A DNA stretch of 54,023 bases from Malacoraja senta (taxonomy: Eukaryota). The translations under genes were made by a program, and so were the position numbers. The stretch covers positions 209,011,978 through 209,066,000 of the forward strand of contig CM075977.1 in assembly GCA_038087875.1 (NCBI GenBank), written 5' to 3'. The notes below the pieces were generated by a model. It saw only the letters and a list, made by a program, of their open reading frames with translations, searched no databases and was not told the origin of the DNA. Positions within the stretch are counted from its first letter, which is position 1. The number at the start of each line of letters is the position of its first letter. This document shows, one piece after another, positions 23,846 through 37,000 of this stretch.

Positions 23846-25066
23846 CTTTTTTACAAAAGAATTCTCTCACTTCTTCCATCTTCTATTTTCGGCTCCTAAA
23901 TAACATCCAGTAATATTCCTATAATGTCAAGACACAGAGCCACATCTTTCCAGCAGCCTTTTTGCAGCCGTCAGGTTTGTACAATTTTCTTTGTGTTTTT
24001 AAGGGACATTTGCCAAAAAGGGCAACTTTCAAATTTCTCTGTCGGTATTAAGTGCCAGCACTGTGGGGGGAAATGTATCAGTAATCCTGGTTTGGTTTGG
24101 TGGAAGGCATTGGTTTAATCTTTGGTTTGGGAAGCCTCTGTTGAAACAATTCTAAAATCCCGAGCCACCAGACCTCTAACAATGTTCAGTTTACCCATTC
24201 ACACATTCACTAGCTTGGACTTCCTTTAATCATTTCTTTCTCACCATGATTCTCATCCAGGCACTTCACTAATTTTAATAACTTTCCTGCGTGAATTAAA
24301 AAAAAAAAAAAAGTATCTTTCTCCTGTTCTCTTCCTTTTTAAGTGGTGTCCTTTTTGCAGGACCCTGCAGTCCTGAGAAAGACTTGTCAGACCTCACTGG
24401 CTTCTGTTTCTCCATAGACACTTCCTGACTCTGCACAGTCTGCTATGTTGAGACTTAGCTGGATTTTTGGTAGGTGAACAGTTAAACGAATCCCTGTGAT
24501 TCAGTTTATATAGGACAATCAAAAGCTATAATTGGCATCACGTATAAAAATCAAACAAGCAACCAGCTTAAAAGTCCCAAACTATTATTTCTAAAAGGCA
24601 AGTCCACTTAATAGGTTTTGCTGCAGTGTCCACCAATGTTACACTTAGACTATATTAGGTACTTATGTAAGACAAAACTAATTCTACTTGTATGCTATTT
24701 TTGTTAAGTATTTCATTTGGCAGAGTGGTCCAGATCAAAACTAAAGTTTCTCTGTTAAACAAAATGGGGATGTGAATGAATAATTAATTCTGAAGCAAGA
24801 GTTTTTCCTGCAGAGAGCACTGATTAGGAAAATTGTGATGTAATTCCTATTTTCCGTCTTTTCCAAATACCTCACTCCTGGTGAATGAGGCTCTGCACTG
24901 AAATGTCTCTTTTTGGAAAATGCCCTTCAAAAACACAAAGAAATATAAATTACCTACAAAAGCAAAGTGATATTTATTCATAACAGATTCCACACCATAT
25001 TTTCTCTGCCTCACCATTTAGTATTAAAAATTGAAAGAATAAAATATTCTACATTATATTTCATAC

Positions 25067-28000
25067 CTGGAATATGAACAGCCTCTCCATCGTCCGGCCC
25101 GCTTCCAGTTATGGTTTCACCGGTTTTATTAAAGCCCCAATAATCAATATCAGAAATAATTGCCGGATGAATTGTTGATGCCACCATTGGTTTCCGTTAT
25201 TTTGATGTCAGATTCTGTTTCAGTAACATCGGTGCTTCTTGCCAAGAGTTTAGGGGCTTGTGTTAACCTCCGATCTTCTGATCTGTCAGGTGGTGAAGAT
25301 GGGGTAGTCTGGATTTCCTTTAACTTTGTTTGCCTATCAAGTGACACGACCGTCGTATTTTGGAGATCCTGTTGCTCCAATGTCTTCAGCTTCCCTGTCG
25401 AGCTCCGATATAAAGAAGGGGGAACTGTCGTGACCCTGGCGGCTTCCATTACATCCTTTTCAGCTTTACGTTCTGTAGATGGCCGTAAAAATGAAGTACT
25501 GACCACGGTCTCTTTAGAAATCTCCACATAGACTTTTTCTGTTGTTGAAGCCTTTACTTCTTCAAGTGTGACTCCTTGGGAATCGATTGTTGTTCCAACA
25601 CCATGTTCTTTAGCAGGCCTCTTTGCTTCATGCAAAGAAACTTCTTGCTCAGTTACCATATAAGCTGTTGTTCTGAGCGATTCTTTCTCAAATGTTTCAA
25701 GGGGAATGGAGTGTTCTGTTGAGCTTCCCATTTGTTGCAATGTCACATCAAGTTCGGATGAAGCTGTGGTATCATCTATGCCCTCCTCGGTCCTCCTGCC
25801 TGCCATTTGTGAAACCTCTTCATGAATAATAGTCGGCCACATTATTATCTGACTTGCTCCTGTCGTCAAACTTCCCGTTTCTTCCACTTTCATTCCCAGT
25901 GTTGTGGCTTGTGTGCCTTTAAATTCTTCATCCGGCTTTTCTTCAGAGAGCTTCTTTGTTGTATGTTCTTTTTCGTGTACAAAAACTTCAGCAGGCGATG
26001 AGATAAAACTAGCTGTGGATACCTCCACAGGTGTTCTGGGTCTCTGCGTCAAAATTACCGACTGCTCTTCAGCTGTGGGCACAGAAGTTGATTTCATGGA
26101 CAGACTTTTCGTAGTGATTATTTTAAAAACAAATGCAGATGAGGTGGGTGTAGAGGTGGCAGCTTTAACTGGCATGTCACTCAATATTTTACCTTCAGTT
26201 CTTACAGTGCTGTCTCCAGAAAATTCCTCTTTGAATGTACCAAAGGCTTCGATGGGCTTCTCCTGCTCAGTTGCAGACCGAACACTTGAGTACTCTGTAC
26301 CATTGACCATTAAGTATGTTGAGGTTTCTGAAAATGTACTTGGACCATCTCCTTCTTTCAGAGTAGTCCTCACAGTTGCTGCGAGCATCTCTTCTTTACC
26401 AGAAACGGCTTGTGACACATTCTCCTTCATATCTTCAGTGAATGAAGTGGACACTATTTCTCGAGAGGTGTCTGCAACTCTTCCTGGTACAATTGTGCCC
26501 ATCAATGGAGGTAATGTATCCTTCTCTGTATGAAGTTCATGCACACTTGGTCTGATTTTATCAAAGGAAACCATTGTGCTGATTGTTTGTGTTTGTTCCG
26601 GTGTCACTGTCATTAAAGGTGAAGACAGATCTCCTGATCCATCAATCTCTGTCTTAATGAATTTACTCCCGTCTTCAGTGTCATCATACTTCACTGCCTC
26701 AGTTTTGATCTTTTCCAAACTTTGCGTTACATTATCCTTTGGTAGATGAGTTGGAGACACAATTTTTACTTCAATTTCCTGTCTAACATCCTCTAATTTT
26801 CTATCAGCATCAATTATACCATCTGATTTTGTGCTGATTCCGATTTCCTGTTCCTCCAGAATGCTCAACCCACTGTCCTTCCCATTAATATAAATGACAC
26901 TAATATATTCATGAGGACCATCAGTACTTTCATCTCCTGGCAGTTCATCTGCATCATCGCTGGAAATTGTTGGTGACCCTGTTATCTCAACTACAGATTC
27001 CATTGTACCCTGTTGGATCTTTGTCAGTTCTTCTTTAACAGTGTGTCGCATAAGGTCAAATTTCTTATGATCTATCTGTCCAGTCTCAATGCTCTGAATG
27101 ATTTGTGTGTAATTCAAGTGATAGCCATCTGGGATGCTTACCCCATGAACCACCCGAGGCTGAAAACCATCCTTTTCACTTACGGTTAGGACAGGAGTTT
27201 CAGTAATTTCCGCTGTTTTGTTGACGTGAATACTGCTAACAACTATTTGAGGTTCCTTTGATAAAAACTCTTCACCTGTCAGATCAGGGACATAAGTAGT
27301 AGCAGGTTGGATGTCAGACTTTATCTCTGTTAAATTAGAACTTGCTTCCACGGTAAAAATAAGGACTGTTTCACTAGTTCCCTCATGAACACCCCTCAAT
27401 TGCTCCTTGGGAAATGTTGACTGCCTGTAGTAACCTTCAGTTGGTTGCAATTTTGGTTCACTAGAAAGTTCAATTTTCTCTTGTGGTCCTGCAGTGAAAA
27501 TGGTTGGCTGGACTTTTATTGTATGACGACCTTCACCAGAGCTCTCCTGCACACTTAATGGGACAATTGTGCTTGAGCTTACTTCCATAGAATCTCTAGT
27601 TATCAGCACTGTCCTCTCAGTTGAGTCTTCTTCACTTGTACTATCCCCTCCTTCTTCAGAGTGTTCTGATTCTGAAGTCTGGCTTAGTACATCTTCCACT
27701 CCTTCAGCACTTTCTTCTGACACCAATTTTGGCTTCTGTCCCACTGTAACCATCTCAGGCTCCCGCTCAATCTCCATTGGTTTCTTACTTATATTTGTAA
27801 TTTCAACTAAGGAATCTGTGGATGATATCGCTGATGGTTTTTTTGTCACTGAAATTTGCTGGGTGACCTCTGATATCAAAGTACCTTCCTTAGCCTTGCT
27901 ATCTTCATCAGAGATGCCCGTGACTAATGGCAGAGTTGTAATAGTAAAAATGTCTTCACCTGAACTTTCAACTTCCCCAGCCTGAATCTCTGAGGCTGTC

Positions 28001-31000
28001 TTTATCATTGATGGAGTGGATCCTTCAGTTGAGGATTTTACAGATAGCTCTGATTTAGCAGACATGCCTTCCTCCCCTGCTAGAGTAACATCAGCATGGA
28101 GAACACTTGTACTTAATAATGTAACAGTGCCACTCAATTTTGAAACCAAAATCTCTGTACCATCTTTGGCAGATGATTCAGTGCCAAATGTTTCTTCATC
28201 AAAACTCTTAATGACTGAAAAAGGTGTCGGCTCCTGTGAATGCTGGTCTGTTGCAGTAGGTAATCTAATTGCTGGAGATCTCTCAGAAGACTCTGTCGCC
28301 ATGGTTCTTGGCCTGCTTTGCAACACTGTACTTGCTGCTGTTGCTTCTGATGTGGATTTTTGAGACTTTAGTTCAAATGATGGTGTGACGGTTTCATGGC
28401 GAACGCCACCCACCATTTCCCCTATAACTGAAACTGACATAAACCTACTTTCGCTCTCAAAACCACTCGTCGGAAACTTGACGTCCAGTTGTGAATAGGT
28501 TTTCACCAGCAGATCCCCTGCCTCTGTGTGGGTCATTGGCCCAAGTGTGAAAATTCCTTTCCATTTACCAGGTGCAGCTGTAACTGCTGTATGGAGTGCT
28601 TCCTCATCCAAAAACGTTTTGTTCAACAAGGTAACCGGTTGGCTGCTCATTTTTGGAGAGGAATCATCAATAGACAACTGAATTGGTTGCTTAACTGTAA
28701 ACATCTCCACGCCAGAACTCTCAAAGACTTCCAGGAAAGGAGGTTGTTTGTCCAAATCCTTCTCCGTTATTCCAGATACGTCAGTTGCTGGAGGTTGCAC
28801 AGATGGTTCCTCAATAACTTTCTCCGAAATGGTTTGGATCTCAGCGATTATAGATTGTGCTTCTATTGTAGATCCCTGAGACTGCCTTTCAATTCCAGGT
28901 GTCATTGAAGTAGGTGGATACATCTCATCGATTACAATGGTGTCTGGGGAAAATGTGTATGTGGTTTCCTTATCACCAAAAGCGACTGTTGATGCAGACT
29001 GATCTGCCACCTGTGTGTGCACATTGACGAGCAAACCATCCATCTCTGTGTGTGCCTCAGGCAAGCCAGAGCCAGAAAAATCCTCCACAGATTCACGTTC
29101 ATCTGTAGCAGTGCTCTGGAGAGCTTCCACATCCACTAGAGTTTTACTAGTCACTGGTAAAAGAGTAGAGCTAATTTCTATCGTTGAAATAGTAGGGTGT
29201 AATCGAACTATTTTTTCGGCAGTAATCAGTTCTTCCCCAGAACCCTCAAATTCTGGAGAAGGAGGTAATTTGACTGAAACTTTCTCTGTTATTCCCGATT
29301 CCACAATTACTGGAGATTTCACAGTTGATGCTGTAACCAATTTCTCTGGGATGGTTTTGATGCCGGTGATCACTGATGATGCTTCTGATGTGGATTCTTG
29401 TAACTTTGTTTTCATTAATGGAGTAGCAGTGACAGGGCGTTCTCCTTCGACTAGTTCTTTAGTCACTGAATCAAATGTATACCTGGTTTCTTTCTCACCG
29501 GCCACATCTGTTGCTGCAGACCTGTCTTCCACCTGTGTCTGGACTTTTACCATCAAACCATCAGTGCGTGTGTGTGTGTCAGGTAATCCAGATGTTGTTA
29601 TTCCAGTCTCTTGGTCAGTTGCTGCTGGAACAGCACTGTGAAGAGCTTCCTCATCCAAATATAGTTCTGCTTGTCACTGGAGTTTCTTGGCTGCTCATCT
29701 CCAGTGTGGAAACATCAGGTTCAACCCGGCCAGTGTGTCCAATACTGAATGTTTCTTCACCAGAACTCTCAAATTCTGGAGAAGGCTGCAGTTTGTCTGA
29801 AACTTTCTCAGTTATTCCCGATTCATAAATTGCAGAGGGTTTCACAGTTGACGCCATAACCACTTTCCCTGCGATGGTTTCTATCTCAGTGATCACTGAT
29901 GGTATTTCCGATGAGGCTTTTCCAATGACTGGTGTAACTGTATCATGAGGAGAAACCTCTTCTGCTTCGCTGGTGACTGGAACTAACACATATCTGGTTT
30001 CCTTCTCGCCAATCACGATAGTAGATGCAGACATGTCAGTTGTTTGTGTGTGCACTTTAACCAGCAAACCATCCCACTCTGTGTGTATCTCCGACGAGCC
30101 AGACCCAGAAATTTCCTCCTCACTCTCACGAATAACTGTCACGGTGCTCTGGGGAGTTTTTGCATCAACTAGAGTTTTACTGGTGACAGGTAAAAGGGTA
30201 GAGCTTATTTCTGTGGTGGAAATATCAGTTCCAAATTGTGCAATTTGTTTGGAAGTAATCAGCTCTTCACCAGAACTCTCAAATTCTACCGAAGGACGTA
30301 GTTTGACTGAAACTTTCTCTGTTATCTCCGTTTCCACAGTAGCTGGAGATTTCCCAGTTGTTGCTGTATCCACTTTCTCTGGGATGGTTTTGATGCCGGT
30401 GATCACTGATGATGCTTCTGATGTGGTTTCTTGTAACTTTGTTTTCATTAATGGAGTACCAGTGACAGGGCGTTCTCCTTCGACTAGTTCTTTAGTCACT
30501 GAATCAAATGTATACCTGGTTTCTTTCTCACCGGCCACATCTGTTGCTGCAGACCTGTCTTCCACCTGTGTCTGGACTTTTACCATCAAACCATCAGTGC
30601 GTGTGTGTGTGTCAGGTAATCCAGATGTTGTTATTCCAGTCTCTTGGTCAGTTGCTGCTGGAACAGCACTGTGAAGAGCTTCCTCATCCAATATAGTTCT
30701 GCTTGTCACTGGAGTTTCTTGGCTGCTCATCTCCAGTGTGGAAACATCAGGTTCAACCTGGCCAGTGTGTCCAATACTCAATGTTTCTTCACCAGAACTC
30801 TCAAATTCTGGAGAAGGCTGCAGTTTGTCTGAAACTTTCTCAGTTATTCCTGATTCATAAATTGCAGAGGGTTTCACAGTTGACGCCATAACCACTTTCC
30901 CTGCGATGGTTTCGATCTCAGTGATCACTGATGGTATTTCTGATGAGGCTTTTCCAATGACTGGTGTAACTGTATCATGAGGAGAAACCTCTTCTGTTTC

Positions 31001-34000
31001 ACTGGTGACTGGAACTAACACATATCTGGTTTCCTTCTCGCCAATCACGACAGTAGATGCAGACATGTCAGTTGTTTGTGTGTGCACTTTAACCAGCAAA
31101 CCATCCCACTCTGTGTGTATCTCCGACGAGCCAGACCCAGAAATTTCCTCCTCACTGTCACGAATAACTGTCACGGTGCTCTGGGGAGTTTTTGCATCAA
31201 CTAGAGTTTTACTGGTGACAGGTAAAAGGGTAGAGCTTATTTCTGTGGTGGAAATATCAGTTCCAAATTGTGCAATTTGTTTGGAAGTAATCAGCTCTTC
31301 ACCAGAACTCTCAAATTCTACCGAAGGACGTAGTTTGACTGAAACTTTCTCTGTTATCTCCGTTTCCACAGTAGCTGGAGATTTCACAGTTGTTGCTGTA
31401 ACCACTTTCTCTGGGATGGTTTTGATGCCGGTGATCACTGATGATGCTTCTGATGTGGTTTCTTGTAACTTTGTTTTCATTAATGGAGTAGCAGTGACAG
31501 GGCGTTCTCCTTCGACTAGTTCTTTAGTCACTGAATCAAATGTATACCTGGTTTCTTTCTCACCGGCCACATCTGTTGCGGCAGACCTGTCTTCCACCTG
31601 TGTCTGGACTTTTACCATCAAACCATCAGTGCGTGTGTGTGTGTCAGGTAATCCAGATGTTGTTATTCCAGTCTCTTGGTCAGTTGCTGCTGGAACAGCA
31701 CTGTGAAGAGCTTCCTCATCCAATATAGTTCTGCTTGTCACTGGAGTTTCTTGGCTGCTCATCTCCAGTGTGGAACCATCAGTTTCAAAAAGGCCAGTGT
31801 GTCCAATACTCAATGTTTCTTCACCAGAACTCTCAAATTCTGGAGAAGGCTGCAGTTTGTCTGAAACTTTATCAGTTATTCCTGATTCATAAATTGCTGA
31901 GGGATTCACAGTTGACGCCATAACCACTTTCCCTGCGATGGTTTTGATCTCAGTGATCACTGATGGTATTTCCGATGAGGCTTTTCCAATGACTGGTGTA
32001 ACTGTATCATGAGGAGAAACCTCTTCTGTTTCGCTGGTGACTGGAACTAACACATATCTGGTTTCCTTCTCGCCAATCACGACAGTAGATGCAGACATGT
32101 CAGTTGTTTGTGTGTGCACTTTAACCAGCAAACCATCCCACTCTGTGTGTATCTCCGACGAGCCAGACCCAGAAATTTCCTCCTCACTCTCACGAATAAC
32201 TGTCACGGTGCTCTGGGGAGTTTTTGCATCAACTAGAGTTTTACTGGTGACAGGTAAAAGGGTAGAGCTTATTTCTGTGGTGGAAATATCAGTTCCAAAT
32301 TGTGCAATTTGTTTGGAAGTAATCAGCTCTTCACCAGAACTCTCAAATTCTACCGAAGGACGTAGTTTGACTGAAACTTTCTCTGTTATCTCCGTTTCCA
32401 CAGTAGCTGGAGATTTCACAGTTGTTGCTGTAACCACTTTCTCTGGGATGGTTTTGATGCCGGTGATCACTGATGATGCTTCTGATGTGGTTTCTTGTAA
32501 CTTTGTTTTCATTAATGGAGTAGCAGTGACAGGGCGTTCTCCTTCGACTAGTTCTTTTGTCACTGAATCAAATGTATACCTGGTTTCTTTCTCACCGGCC
32601 ACATCTGTTGCTGCAGACCTGTCTTCCACCTGTGTCTGGACTTTTACCATCAAACCATCAGTGCGTGTGTGTGTGTCAGGTAATCCAGATGTTGTTATTC
32701 CAGTCTCTTGGTCAGTTGCTGCTGGAACAGCACTGTGAAGAGCTTCCTCATCCAATATAGTTCTGCTTGTCACTGGAGTTTCTTGGCTGCTCATCTCCAG
32801 TGTGGAAACATCAGGTTCAACCCGGCCAGTGTGTCCAATACTCAATGTTTCTTCACCAGAACTCTCAAATTTTGGAGAAGGCTGCAGTTTGTCTGAAACT
32901 TTCTCAGTTATTCCTGATTCATAAATTGCAGAGGGTTTCACAGTTGACGCCATAACCACTTTCCCTGCGATGGTTTCGATCTCAGTGATCACTGATGGTA
33001 TTTCTGATGAGGCTTTTCCAATGACTGGTGTAACTGTATCATGAGGAGAAACCTCTTCTGTTTCACTGGTGACTGGAACTAACACATATCTGGTTTCCTT
33101 CTCGCCAATCACGACAGTAGATGCAGACTTGTCAGTTGTTTGTGTGTGCACTTTAACCAGCAAACCATCCCACTCTGTGTGTATCTCCGACGAGCCAGAC
33201 CCAGAAATGTCCTCCTCACTCTCACGAATAACTGTCACGGTGCTCTGGGGAGTTTTTGCATCAACTAGAGTTTTAATGGTGACAGGTAAAAGGGTAGGGC
33301 TTATTTCTGTGGTGGAAATATCAGTTCCAAATTGTGCAATTTGTTTGGAAGTAATCAGCTCTTCACCAGAACTCTCAAATTCTACAGAAGGAAGTAGTTT
33401 GACTGAAACTGTCTCTGTTATCTCCGTTTCCACAGTAGCTGGAGATTTCACAGTTGTTGCTGTAACCACTTTCTCTGGGATGGTTTTGATGCCGGTGATC
33501 ACTGATGATGCTTCTGATGTGGTTTCTTGTAACTTTGTTTTCATTAATGGAGTACCAGTGACAGGGCGTTCTCCTTCGACTAGTCCTTTAGTCACTGAAT
33601 CAAATGTATACCTGGTTTCTTTCTCACCGGCCACATCTGTTGCTGCAGACCTGTCTTCCACCTGTGTCTGGACTTTTACCATCAAACCATCAGTGCGTGT
33701 GTGTGTGTCAGGTAATCCAGATGTTGTTATTCCAGTCTCTTGGTCAGTTGCTGCTGGAACAGCACTGTGAAGAGCTTCCTCATCCAATATAGTTCTGCTT
33801 GTCACTGGAGTTTCTTGGCTGCTCATCTCCAGTGTGGAAACATCAGGTTCAACCCGGCCAGTGTGTCCAATACTCAATGTTTCTTCACCAGAACTCTCAA
33901 ATTCTGGAGAAGGCTGCAGTTTGTCTGAAACTTTCTCAGTTATTCCTGATTCATAAATTGCAGAGGGTTTCACAGTTGACGCCATAACCACTTTCCTTGC

Positions 34001-37000
34001 GATGGTTTCGATCTCAGTGATCACTGATGGTATTTCTGATGAGGCTTTTCCAATGACTGGTGTAACTGTATCATGAGGAGAAACCTCTTCTGTTTCACTG
34101 GTGACTGGAACTAACACATATCTGGTTTCCTTCTCGCCAATCACGACAGTAGATGCAGACTTGTCAGTTGTTTGTGTGTGCACTTTAACCAGCAAACCAT
34201 CCCACTCTGTGTGTATCTCCGACGAGCCAGACCCAGAAATTTCCTCCTCACTCTCACGAATAACTGTCACGGTGCTCTGGGGAGTTTTTGCATCAACTAG
34301 AGTTTTACTGGTGACAGGTAAAAGGGTAGAGCTTATTTCTGTGGTGGAAATATCAGTTCCAAATTGTGCAATTTGTTTGGAAGTAATCAGCTCTTCACCA
34401 GAACTCTCAAATTCTACCGAAGGACGTAGTTTGACTGAAACTTTCTCTGTTATCTCCGTTTCCACAGTAGCTGGAGATTTCACAGTTGTTGCTGTAACCA
34501 CTTTCTCTGGGATGGTTTTGATGCCGGTGATCACTGATGATGCTTCTGATGTGGTTTCTTGTAACTTTGTTTTCATTAATGGAGTAGCAGTGACAGGGCG
34601 TTCTCCTTCGACTAGTTCTTTTGTCACTGAATCAAATGTATACCTGGTTTCTTTCTCACCGGCCACATCTGTTGCTGCAGACCTGTCTTCCACCTGTGTC
34701 TGGACTTTTACCATCAAACCATCAGTGCGTGTGTGTGTGTCAGGTAATCCAGATGTTGTTATTCCAGTCTCTTGGTCAGTTGCTGCTGGAACAGCACTGT
34801 GAAGAGCTTCCTCATCCAATATAGTTCTGCTTGTCACTGGAGTTTCTTGGCTGCTCATCTCCAGTGTGGAAACATCAGGTTCAACCCGGCCAGTGTGTCC
34901 AATACTCAATGTTTCTTCACCAGAACTCTCAAATTTTGGAGAAGGCTGCAGTTTGTCTGAAACTTTCTCAGTTATTCCTGATTCATAAATTGCAGAGGGT
35001 TTCACAGTTGACGCCATAACCACTTTCCCTGCGATGGTTTCGATCTCAGTGATCACTGATGGTATTTCTGATGAGGCTTTTCCAATGACTGGTGTAACTG
35101 TATCATGAGGAGAAACCTCTTCTGTTTCACTGGTGACTGGAACTAACACATATCTGGTTTCCTTCTCGCCAATCACGACAGTAGATGCAGACTTGTCAGT
35201 TGTTTGTGTGTGCACTTTAACCAGCAAACCATCCCACTCTGTGTGTATCTCCGACGAGCCAGACCCAGAAATGTCCTCCTCACTCTCACGAATAACTGTC
35301 ACGGTGCTCTGGGGAGTTTTTGCATCAACTAGAGTTTTAATGGTGACAGGTAAAAGGGTAGGGCTTATTTCTGTGGTGGAAATATCAGTTCCAAATTGTG
35401 CAATTTGTTTGGAAGTAATCAGCTCTTCACCAGAACTCTCAAATTCTACAGAAGGAAGTAGTTTGACTGAAACTGTCTCTGTTATCTCCGTTTCCACAGT
35501 AGCTGGAGATTTCACAGTTGTTGCTGTAACCACTTTCTCTGGGATGGTTTTGATGCCGGTGATCACTGATGATGCTTCTGATGTGGTTTCTTGTAACTTT
35601 GTTTTCATTAATGGAGTACCAGTGACAGGGCGTTCTCCTTCGACTAGTCCTTTAGTCACTGAATCAAATGTATACCTGGTTTCTTTCTCACCGGCCACAT
35701 CTGTTGCTGCAGACCTGTCTTCCACCTGTGTCTGGACTTTTACCATCAAACCATCAGTGCGTGTGTGTGTGTCAGGTAATCCAGATGTTGTTATTCCAGT
35801 CTCTTGGTCAGTTGCTGCTGGAACAGCACTGTGAAGAGCTTCCTCATCCAATATAGTTCTGCTTGTCACTGGAGTTTCTTGGCTGCTCATCTCCAGTGTG
35901 GAAACATCAGGTTCAACCCGGCCAGTGTGTCCAATACTCAATGTTTCTTCACCAGAACTCTCAAATTCTGGAGAAGGCTGCAGTTTGTCTGAAACTTTCT
36001 CAGTTATTCCTGATTCATAAATTGCAGAGGGTTTCACAGTTGACGCCATAACCACTTTCCTTGCGATGGTTTCGATCTCAGTGATCACTGATGGTATTTC
36101 TGATGAGGCTTTTCCAATGACTGGTGTAACTGTATCATGAGGAGAAACCTCTTCTGTTTCACTGGTGACTGGAACTAACACATATCTGGTTTCCTTCTCG
36201 CCAATCACGACAGTAGATGCAGACTTGTCAGTTGTTTGTGTGTGCACTTTAACCAGCAAACCATCCCACTCTGTGTGTATCTCCGACGAGCCAGACCCAG
36301 AAATTTCCTCCTCACTCTCACGAATAACTGTCACGGTGCTCTGGGGAGTTTTTGCATCAACTAGAGTTTTACTGGTGACAGGTAAAAGGGTAGAGCTTAT
36401 TTCTGTGGTGGAAATATCAGTTCCAAATTGTGCAATTTGTTTGGAAGTAATCAGCTCTTCACCAGAACTCTCAAATTCTACCGAAGGACGTAGTTTGACT
36501 GAAACTTTCTCTGTTATCTCCGTTTCCACAGTAGCTGGAGATTTCACAGTTGTTGCTGTAACCACTTTCTCTGGGATGGTTTTGATGCCGGTGATCACTG
36601 ATGATGCTTCTGATGTGGTTTCTTGTAACTTTGTTTTCATTAATGGAGTAGCAGTGACAGGGCGTTCTCCTTCGACTAGTTCTTTTGTCACTGAATCAAA
36701 TGTATACCTGGTTTCTTTCTCACCGGCCACATCTGTTGCTGCAGACCTGTCTTCCACCTGTGTCTGGACTTTTACCATCAAACCATCAGTGCGTGTGTGT
36801 GTGTCAGGTAATCCAGATGTTGTTATTCCAGTCTCTTGGTCAGTTGCTGCTGGAACAGCACTGTGAAGAGCTTCCTCATCCAATATAGTTCTGCTTGTCA
36901 CTGGAGTTTCTTGGCTGCTCATCTCCAGTGTGGAAACATCAGGTTCAACCCGGCCAGTGTGTCCAATACTCAATGTTTCTTCACCAGAACTCTCAAATTT

